From Aestuariivirga sp. (GTDB lineage: Bacteria > Pseudomonadota > Alphaproteobacteria > Rhizobiales > Aestuariivirgaceae), in contig JBIIGF010000001.1 in NCBI GenBank assembly GCA_044236665.1, positions 1 through 61,867 on the forward strand: a DNA stretch of 61,867 nt. Direction: 5' to 3'. Within the stretch, counting starts at the first letter, position 1, and every line of letters begins with the position of its first letter. The translations under genes were made by a program, and so were the position numbers. Positions 55,046 to 61,867 of the stretch are shown piece after piece. The notes beneath the pieces were generated by a model. It worked only from the letters and a program-made list of their open reading frames with translations, was not told the DNA's origin and ran no database searches.

Positions 55046-56887
55046 ATGGAAGACCTTACCAGTAGACTTCCCACACTTCAGCCTCCCGCCGGGCGCTCAC
55101 CTCAGGCTAGCATGTCGGAGCGGGTCAAAAGCCTCCCTGCTCTGACATTGCCACGTCAAGAGGAGCGACCAGAGCAAGCGCAGACGGTTACCCCCGGTGA
55201 CCGTCAACCCCCCGGCGGTGATAATCGCATGACCCCCGTCCCCGCCCCCGCCTCTGGGCGCATGTTCCAGATCAAGGAAGACCTCCCGCGAAGCGCGTAT
55301 GAAGACATGCCGTTTACGGAAGTTTTGCCTCGTGCGGCCTCCAACTTCTTTCCCAGCGCCGGGAACGTGGGTAAGGGTCTGTATGACGCCGTGGTGAATT
55401 ATGAGGACACGGCAGGAGCTCTAAACCAACTTGGCAAGGGCGTCATCTCAAAGGTTCGCGGCGCTCTGGGTGGTGAGCGCAACATGGAAGCCGAGGCGGT
55501 AGCTGACGCGCTGGGTTCTATGTATGCTGACCGCTATGGCAGCATGGCGGCCTTCAAAGAGACTTTGGCTGAAGACCCCGCCTCTATTGGCTTAGATGTG
55601 GCGTCTGTTGCCCCTGTGGTCGGACCAGCAGGTCGCGCTGCGGGCCTTGGGCCTGTGGCAACAGGCCTGCAGAGGGTTACCTCTCTTGGTGACCCGGTCA
55701 ACCTTGCTGCTCAGGGTGTAAAGCTTGCTTCCCGTGGTGTCACGGCCCCGGTGACCACGGTTGGCAGATACGTTCAGGGTGCAGCAAGCGGGGTCACGCC
55801 GAACGCCCTGAAGCTTGCCGAGCAGGCTGGCAAGAGTGCCGATCCTGCGGCACGAGCCGCGTTCAAGACATTTGCTATGGGCAAGGGCGACAACCGGGAA
55901 ATTGCAAGAACCGCCGTGGCGGCTCTGGATGAACGCCGCGCCGCCGAACAAGCTGCCTATGTGCGGGGCAAGCGGGAGCTGACCACTCAGGAACTGTCCC
56001 TGAATAGGGTGCAGGATACCGTCAATCAGGTTAGGTCCGAGATAAATAGGCTCGGCCTCTCAAGCCAATCCCCGAAGGTTGCCGTTCTTGAGGAAATGGC
56101 GAGGAAGGTTGACCAATACGTCAATCACCCCGACCCCACGGCCCGAACGGCTGTTCAGCTGGACGTTCTGAAGCGCGATCTGCGTGATATGATGGACACT
56201 CTGAAGCCGTCTGACAAGGGTGCTTTGTCATCCATACCCACGTCTGTGCGCGACACCATTGCAACTGTCGATCCGGGTTACGCTGCTATGATGGAGCGGT
56301 ATCAGTCGTGGCTGTCCGAGATGAAGGACATCCAATCGACTCTTGGTGCCAACGACCGTGTAGCAGAGACGACACGGATTGCACGGCTTTTGTCCACCCT
56401 GAAGAGCGACGACAAGACATCGCTCCTGAAGGAGTTGGCCGGGAAAACAGAAGCCGGGAAGTACCTTCCTTACATGATTGCCGGTGCCTCGGTTGAAAAG
56501 ATAGCGCCACCCTACCTGCAGGGTATGGGCCTGATGGGGGCTGGGTCTGTCCTTCTGGGTGGTCCACATGGTATGGCAATGGCGGCAGCTGGATCACCTC
56601 GTCTTGCTGGGTTTACCCAATATGGGGCAGGGCGTCTGCAGGGTGCGATCAACAGAATCCCAACACCCCCTTCTGCAGCAACCAACCTTCTGTCCCAGAT
56701 CGGGAATGAACGTATGGAGCGCAAGACCGGTGGCCGTGTGGGCATGCCGCACGACAAGGTGGCAGATCAGTTGGTTATGGCTGCAGAACGTGCTAAGAAG
56801 GGGATCAGCAAGGGGACCGAAAGCCTCCTCGATATGTCTGACAACCACATCGCACATGCTTTGGAAGTGGCGAACAGGAGCATCTGA
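55046..56887 (+). CDS. Second ejection / DNA-transfer protein
   Basis: Helical Ala/Gly-rich 613 aa after the large ejection protein; hydrophobic 'GAGSVLLGG..AAAGSPRLAG'; C-terminal RKTGGRV. Confidence 0.65.
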   Translation: MEDLTSRLPTLQPPAGRSPQASMSERVKSLPALTLPRQEERPEQAQTVTPGDRQPPGGDNRMTPVPAPASGRMFQIKEDLPRSAYEDMPFTEVLPRAASNFFPSAGNVGKGLYDAVVNYEDTAGALNQLGKGVISKVRGALGGERNMEAEAVADALGSMYADRYGSMAAFKETLAEDPASIGLDVASVAPVVGPAGRAAGLGPVATGLQRVTSLGDPVNLAAQGVKLASRGVTAPVTTVGRYVQGAASGVTPNALKLAEQAGKSADPAARAAFKTFAMGKGDNREIARTAVAALDERRAAEQAAYVRGKRELTTQELSLNRVQDTVNQVRSEINRLGLSSQSPKVAVLEEMARKVDQYVNHPDPTARTAVQLDVLKRDLRDMMDTLKPSDKGALSSIPTSVRDTIATVDPGYAAMMERYQSWLSEMKDIQSTLGANDRVAETTRIARLLSTLKSDDKTSLLKELAGKTEAGKYLPYMIAGASVEKIAPPYLQGMGLMGAGSVLLGGPHGMAMAAAGSPRLAGFTQYGAGRLQGAINRIPTPPSAATNLLSQIGNERMERKTGGRVGMPHDKVADQLVMAAERAKKGISKGTESLLDMSDNHIAHALEVANRSI

Positions 56888-58023
56888 TGCCGACAGCAAA
56901 CAAAGACCTCAATGAGCCGCTCGTCAACTCTACCAACTGGGACGTGCCCCTGAACGCGAACACGGCCATTCTGGATGCGGCACTGGGTGGCACGACGTCT
57001 TTTAACGTCACCGGCATCGGAACGACCCCGGTTGTCCTCACCACAACGCAATACCAGAAGCTGATCCTGAACTTTACCGGTGTGCTGTCGGCAAACGTGA
57101 ACTACCGCATCCCATCGGGTGTTGGCGGACAGTGGGTCGTACGGAACGGTAGCACGGGTGCTTTCACGCTTACCATCAGCAGCGGTGGCTTGGGGACATC
57201 ATTTGAGGTGCCGCAGGGCTCCGTGCGAACCGTTTACTCGGATGGCACCAACATTCGCTCCACCAACGACACGGTGGGCTCAATCCCGAGCGGCAGTGTT
57301 GCGTATAGCAGCGGCGGCGTCCTGACCGGCACCACCGGCCTGACCTACAACGGCACCGTTCTGGACGTCATGGCGACCACTGCGGCCACCAACACCGCGA
57401 CCGAAGTCCTGATCCTCGACAGCCAGTCGAGCGGGACACCGGCGGCTGGTATCGGCACGACGATGTCCTTCGCTGCGGAGACCGGCGCCGGGAACACCGA
57501 AGTCGGCATGCAGATTTCTGCGATCACCACCGACGTCACCTCCGGGTCGGAGGACTTTGACTTTGTCCTGCGCCTGATGGCTGCCGGTGCGACCGCGTCC
57601 GAGATCGCGCGCATCACGTCGACCGGGATCATGACGCTGAATGGCGGGAACGTGGTGGCCGGAAGGACGGCGACCAACACGGCGGTGCAGGCTCTAGAAT
57701 ACGCCGGTATCACCACAACCGCAGATGACGACGGCACTTTCACCACCGGGCAAACCTACACGCCAACTCCGGTGGGTGGAAACATGAAGCGCATCATCAA
57801 TAACGCCTCTCCCGGCGGCATGACGATTGCTGTGCCTACGGCGGCTGGCGACTATACGATAATCGTCCAGATCACTAACAGCAGCACCGCCGGTGCTATC
57901 ACGCTGTCTGGTTTTAGCAGGGTTGTGGGGAACCCGTTCACGACCACCAACGGGAGTGACTTCTTCGTCTATATCACCAAGTGCAACGGCTTTACGCTGG
58001 CCAACGTGGTGGCACTGCAATGA
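56887..58023 (+). CDS. Tail fibre / spike-like protein
   Basis: 'TNWDVPLNANTAILD', 'FTGVLSAN', 'VYSDGTNI'; Thr/Gly-rich. Confidence 0.7.
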   Translation: MPTANKDLNEPLVNSTNWDVPLNANTAILDAALGGTTSFNVTGIGTTPVVLTTTQYQKLILNFTGVLSANVNYRIPSGVGGQWVVRNGSTGAFTLTISSGGLGTSFEVPQGSVRTVYSDGTNIRSTNDTVGSIPSGSVAYSSGGVLTGTTGLTYNGTVLDVMATTAATNTATEVLILDSQSSGTPAAGIGTTMSFAAETGAGNTEVGMQISAITTDVTSGSEDFDFVLRLMAAGATASEIARITSTGIMTLNGGNVVAGRTATNTAVQALEYAGITTTADDDGTFTTGQTYTPTPVGGNMKRIINNASPGGMTIAVPTAAGDYTIIVQITNSSTAGAITLSGFSRVVGNPFTTTNGSDFFVYITKCNGFTLANVVALQ

Positions 58024-58685
58024 CGTTCCCCCTGATGCCGTTGGCTGATCCTGCAGCGGGCGGAAACGCAACAGTGACATATGTCACTACCCTGAGATCG
58101 TCCAGCAACTCATACACATATACCTTTACCGGGGCGGCCATAGGTACGGCCACCGCCACTCGGTTGGTTGTTGTGTGCGCGGCAATCAACGTGACGGGTC
58201 CGGGTTTTTACTTCATAAACAGCATCAGCATCGGCGGCGTAACCGCAACAATGGCTGTTAGAAGTGCGTCAAACACGAACTGCGCTATTGCGTACCTTCT
58301 TGTCCCAACTGGGACCACGGCCAACATAGTCGTTTCCCTTGGGGGGAGTGGAACCCCCGGTAGATGTGAAATCAACGTCTTTAACGTGGATGGATATTCA
58401 TCTCAGGTTCCATCTTCTGTCGGATCAACAAACGCTACGACTGCAACAACAATCTCCGCCAGCGCAACCCCATCTTCGGGGGATTGTGCTGTCTCCATAT
58501 GCTTCACCTACGCGGAGGTAACTCATACTTGGTCCTCCCCCATGATTGAGGCTTCTGACGGGATTACGGAAGATAGTTCTGCGACTTCAGCGTACGCGAA
58601 CGGATTGCCTTTTGGGACCTTTACCGCCACAGTGACAAAATCCGCGTCTTCAGAATCCACAATGTCAATAGCAACTTGGAGTTAA
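58020..58685 (+). CDS. Beta-rich fibre-tip-associated protein (lower GC)
   Basis: ATGA-coupled; Ser/Thr-rich; codon use differs from its neighbours. Confidence 0.65.
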   Translation: MTFPLMPLADPAAGGNATVTYVTTLRSSSNSYTYTFTGAAIGTATATRLVVVCAAINVTGPGFYFINSISIGGVTATMAVRSASNTNCAIAYLLVPTGTTANIVVSLGGSGTPGRCEINVFNVDGYSSQVPSSVGSTNATTATTISASATPSSGDCAVSICFTYAEVTHTWSSPMIEASDGITEDSSATSAYANGLPFGTFTATVTKSASSESTMSIATWS

Positions 58686-58689
58686 TCTG

Positions 58690-59004
58690 ATGCTAAACCT
58701 GACCAAGGGCGAAGACATCATCAAGTCGGTACTTCCCGGCTCTCAGTTCACCCTCCCGAACGGCGACGTTGTGTCACCGGCGTACGCAGGCTGGTCGAAC
58801 GGCGAGTACACGCTTGTCGAGGCACCGCCCGTCCCGCCGACACCTCCGTCACCTCCGACCCGTGCGGAGCAGGAGGCGGCCCGCAAGGCGGCCTACAACG
58901 CCGAGAGCGACCCCCTGTTCTTCATGGCCCAGCGCGGCGAGGCCACGCTCGAGGAGTGGCGCAACAGGGTCAACGACATCAAGGGGCGTTACCCCTACCC
59001 GTGA
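58690..59004 (+). CDS. Tail fibre assembly-like protein
   Basis: 'RKAAY..ESDPLFF..QRGEAT.EEW...V..IK.RYPYP'. Confidence 0.7.
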   Translation: MLNLTKGEDIIKSVLPGSQFTLPNGDVVSPAYAGWSNGEYTLVEAPPVPPTPPSPPTRAEQEAARKAAYNAESDPLFFMAQRGEATLEEWRNRVNDIKGRYPYP

Positions 59005-59010
59005 TCGACC

Positions 59011-59343
59011 TCAGAGGTCGATGACCCAGAGACCCTCACCGTTGGGCTGCAGAGACACGTTGCGAAGCCCAAAGGGGATCACATGCGCGATCCTCCTTGG
59101 GATCGTCACCCTGACGGAATAGCTGCGATTGCTTGCGCGTCGTACGACGAAGTCACCGTCAGGCCCGAACTCGAGCGCGATCTTCGATCCGCCGTCATGG
59201 TAGACGGACACGCGCTCACCCTTGGCCATCTCCACCGGCATCATGACGTAGGCGATGTCGGGGTTCTTCCTGTTGCGGGACACGCAGGGGACCGACCGTC
59301 TGGCCGCCTCCTTGAGGCTCTTTCCCATCTTTTTCCACGTCAT
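59011..59343 (-). CDS. Hypothetical protein
   Basis: ORF converging on the late operon. Confidence 0.6.
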   Translation of the reverse strand: MTWKKMGKSLKEAARRSVPCVSRNRKNPDIAYVMMPVEMAKGERVSVYHDGGSKIALEFGPDGDFVVRRASNRSYSVRVTIPRRIAHVIPFGLRNVSLQPNGEGLWVIDL

Positions 59344-59395
59344 TTTACACCAGCCTTTTTGCAAGTTTTGCCGGGTAAAGCCTTCTAGGTCAAGG

Positions 59396-59662
59396 TCAGA
59401 GCTTCACCTTGCCGATGTACATGACGTTGATGATTGTCTCCCCGACGCTGTAGTACTCTGTGCCGTCCGGGGCCTTGACGGTGCCGCGCTTCGGGGACGT
59501 GTCACCGGCGCGGTAGTACTCCTCGACCGTGATGAAGTCGCTCTGGTCGAGGAGATCGTGCATCTCGGGGATCGTGCTGACCCCCTTGACGGTGCCAACA
59601 ATCATGTGGGTCGGGGTGCCGCTGCGCGCATGCATGTTCATGGTAAAGAAGAATATGGTCAC
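59396..59662 (-). CDS. Hypothetical protein
   Basis: AAGGA RBS with GTG start. Confidence 0.6.
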   Translation of the reverse strand: MTIFFFTMNMHARSGTPTHMIVGTVKGVSTIPEMHDLLDQSDFITVEEYYRAGDTSPKRGTVKAPDGTEYYSVGETIINVMYIGKVKL

Positions 59663-59690
59663 CCGCGTTTCCTTTTATTGGCAACTCCCC

Positions 59691-59942
59691 TCACTTAAAA
59701 AGGTAATTGCCGAGTTTTTCCAGCGTTGCAAGGGTGGGTGTCTCCCCCTTACCGCTCGCGATGTACCTGACGGTGTTCTCGTGAAGCCCTGCTCCGGCAG
59801 CCACCTTGGAAAGGTTCCGGTCATCCAAGGCCAGACGGATGCGCTTGAGCTGCTCATTGATGACCTCACGGACGATGTCCGCTGGCAGCTTTTCGTGTTC
59901 GGACATTTCCGATGTCTCCAACTTAACAATTTGCGTGTTCAC
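59691..59942 (-). CDS. XRE/Cro-like HTH regulator
   Basis: 'NLSKVAAGAGLHENTVRYIASG...PTLATLEKL'; start uncertain. Confidence 0.75.
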   Translation of the reverse strand: MNTQIVKLETSEMSEHEKLPADIVREVINEQLKRIRLALDDRNLSKVAAGAGLHENTVRYIASGKGETPTLATLEKLGNYLFK

Positions 59943-60019
59943 ATTTGCATATGGCGGCAGGGGGCGTCAATAGCGCGCGGATCGTAAGCGAAAAGGGGGC
60001 CTCTCGACCCCCTCCCCTT

Positions 60020-60586
60020 TTACTCAATCACGACCCCGTCGATCAGCTCCACCAAGACATCAACAGACTTTGCGAAGTAGACCGCCGACACCCTTTCCTG
60101 CCCGCCCTCTGCGCAGATCGAGGCTGAGGCGAGCCTGCCCGCGTTGTGCTCGTTCCGTAGGTGGGTGCTGACCTTCTGCGTCTCCTCGTTGAGGGCCTCG
60201 GCAACCTGCCGTGAGGTCCACGCCCGGTCCTTGGTCATGATGAGGTCACGGCAGCGCTGTGCGAAGTCTTGCTTGAGTACCGGTGCCGGTGCGTCCCCGT
60301 GCAGCGGGACGAGGCGCTCGAGGACGTTCGCCCTGATCGCGCGCCAGCGGGCGCTGTACTCCCCATCGACCTCGGGCCGGTGGTTGTCGATGCAGTATGC
60401 GTTCAGCATGTCCCCGACATCCGCGTTGATGACCTCAACGACCTTTGAGGAGATGAAGACCTGCTCATCATCCTCGCAGACGGCAAACGCCGATCCTCCT
60501 CGCGTGACGTTCATGATGGTGCACTTCTTCACGACGATGTCGCTCGGCTTGAAGAAGGGGGTACTAACTCGTGCTGTTTCGTTCAT
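60020..60586 (-). CDS. Hypothetical protein, possible OB-like N-terminus and winged-helix C-terminus
   Basis: 'GSAFAV..DEQVFIS'; 'WTSRQVAEAL....KVSTHL'. Confidence 0.6.
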   Translation of the reverse strand: MNETARVSTPFFKPSDIVVKKCTIMNVTRGGSAFAVCEDDEQVFISSKVVEVINADVGDMLNAYCIDNHRPEVDGEYSARWRAIRANVLERLVPLHGDAPAPVLKQDFAQRCRDLIMTKDRAWTSRQVAEALNEETQKVSTHLRNEHNAGRLASASICAEGGQERVSAVYFAKSVDVLVELIDGVVIE

Positions 60587-60621
60587 GTTTTTTCCTACTC
60601 TGGTTTGCTGTTGGGTAATCG

Positions 60622-60888
60622 TTACTTGCTGTTCACTAGGTATCTCTGGATCGCGTTTGGGCTGCAGGAGAAAGAGGGAACGCGTCGGTTCGACGGCTCT
60701 TCCTTCGATCTCACAGACACCAGCTGTGGCGAGAATTTCGACTGTGGTAGGTCGATCCCGAAGCGTTCGCAGGCAGCGTCAATCGACTTGCGGTGCATGC
60801 CGTAATGCTGCGCCGTGATCGTCACCGACCACCCCTTTTCGCGGGCGGCCACGAGCATATCTCGGGTCAGGAATTTTCTACTTGCCAT
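60622..60888 (-). CDS. Small HTH-like protein
   Basis: 'WSVTITAQHYGMHRKSIDAACERFGI'. Confidence 0.55.
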   Translation of the reverse strand: MASRKFLTRDMLVAAREKGWSVTITAQHYGMHRKSIDAACERFGIDLPQSKFSPQLVSVRSKEEPSNRRVPSFSCSPNAIQRYLVNSK

Positions 60889-61048
60889 ATGCCTTCTCCT
60901 TGATGGCTTCGATGGTTTCTTTGTTTTGCTGGGCAAGCCATAGGATCAGCTCGTACTGCTCCTGCGTGACCCAAAAGCTGGGCGACTTGACGTACCCAGC
61001 CAGTCTCAGGGCCCGTGCACCGGGGCTGTTGCTGGCTTCTCGGCTCAT
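60878..61048 (-). CDS. Hypothetical protein
   Basis: Coupled ORF, ATG 61048. Confidence 0.55.
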   Translation of the reverse strand: MSREASNSPGARALRLAGYVKSPSFWVTQEQYELILWLAQQNKETIEAIKEKAYGK

Positions 61049-61260
61049 AGCTTGGTGATCTCCGTCTGGACCAAGCGCCCGTGCGTGATGTTCTTCTGGC
61101 CCCGGACCTTGGAGTTGTCCCACGTCCAGCACTCACCGTTGCTGTCGTTGAAACACACCCAGAGCAGGTTGTGCTCTGGGCCGTAGTCCATGACGAAGTG
61201 CGCCAGAGCGGACCCCTTGGGCGTGTCCAAGGGTAGCGGTGGGTTCAGTTGCAGGATCAT
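61045..61260 (-). CDS. Hypothetical phage protein
   Basis: Coupled ORF; 'QLNPPLPLDTPKG...DYGPE...GECWTW'. Confidence 0.65.
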   Translation of the reverse strand: MILQLNPPLPLDTPKGSALAHFVMDYGPEHNLLWVCFNDSNGECWTWDNSKVRGQKNITHGRLVQTEITKL

Positions 61261-61865
61261 GGCTTCTCTCCCTCAATCTCGGCCAGCGTGGCGCGGGCAA
61301 TCTCTCCCATGCGAAGGACAAGCCCGCGCAAAGCAGACTGAGAACACCCGTCAATCATCCCTTCTGGGTCTAGCGCATCAACCACCCGTAGCGCCTCCAC
61401 CGCCTTCGCCAGCTTGGCCTCAAGGTCACGATAGGCCCCTGTCCCGATCCTGCCCATCTTGTCGTAGGCGTCCCGGTATTTCTCGCAGGTCGCCAGCTTG
61501 GCTTCCGCAAGAATAAGCGCCTGACCATTGTTCATTCCGGCCTGCATCAAACCTTCGCACTGCTTCTCCAACTCAGCAACGGTGTTGTCCATAACGGCCT
61601 GCGCCATGCGGCAGGTATTGAGGTGCCTCTCCAACTCCTCCGCATAAGCCTCGGCCTCCTTGGCGTCAGCACGGGCGGCTTCGAGTTGCTCGGTCAGGGT
61701 TTGGATGCTGGTATCAGGGGTGCGTGTGTTCCATGCGGCGATGGCTTCATCACCTGTCGGACGCCACCCTGTTTCTGCGCCGCAACCAAGGCAACGGACC
61801 CACGATGTATCGTCGTGCGGCGGCTGCGCTTCTCCACAGAACGGGCAGGGTTTTAGATCGTCGTC
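61257..61865 (-). CDS. Lar-like (restriction alleviation) Zn-finger domain plus coiled coil; 5' end outside the window
   Basis: Manual in-frame extension of the 61257..61634 ORF to the window edge gives 'DDDLKPCPFCG...VRCLGCGA...EAIAAWNTR'. Confidence 0.7.
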   Translation of the reverse strand, partial: DDDLKPCPFCGEAQPPHDDTSWVRCLGCGAETGWRPTGDEAIAAWNTRTPDTSIQTLTEQLEAARADAKEAEAYAEELERHLNTCRMAQAVMDNTVAELEKQCEGLMQAGMNNGQALILAEAKLATCEKYRDAYDKMGRIGTGAYRDLEAKLAKAVEALRVVDALDPEGMIDGCSQSALRGLVLRMGEIARATLAEIEGEKP

Positions 61866-61867
61866 AC

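Noticed and set aside
1-61867. Circular closure or terminal repeats
   Set aside because: The truncated ORFs at the two ends do not join in frame and no shared terminal sequence is visible, so some sequence is missing.

Overview
The window is most of a ~62 kb, GC-rich tailed dsDNA phage genome. It looks podovirus-like (adaptor/nozzle genes and large ejection proteins, no tape measure, tube or sheath). Both ends are truncated inside the leftward early-gene region and do not join in frame. Gene order: leftward early genes under repeated palindromic sigma70-type promoters (1-5.4 kb and 59-61.9 kb); a leftward replication block (SNF2 helicase, VRR-NUC, family B-like DNA polymerase, DUF2815-type SSB, DUF2800/Cas4-like nuclease); a rightward primase-helicase and AT-rich origin-like region; terminase and portal; four large polyvalent proteins; a head module with a GroES-like gene; a free-standing HNH/EndoVII endonuclease behind a recoded capsid 3' end; tail fibres; a lysis cassette; tail and ejection proteins. 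I found no integrase, tRNA or CRISPR array. The most striking signal is a short peptide code. About 25 copies of an x-x-x-G-G-x-[V/I]-like motif sit at domain boundaries in seven putative virion-internal proteins, separating modules such as two ART-PolyVal-like ADP-ribosyltransferases, an M15 peptidase, a pyrophosphatase, an HhH-like domain, two S74 auto-cleaving chaperones and small basic peptides. A second terminal helix motif, [VI]xxA[LM]x[LVT], is shared between these proteins and the portal C-terminus. Together they suggest a tagging or processing system for capsid-packaged, injected effector cargo; this is a hypothesis. All family calls come from recognising motifs by eye, not from database searches.
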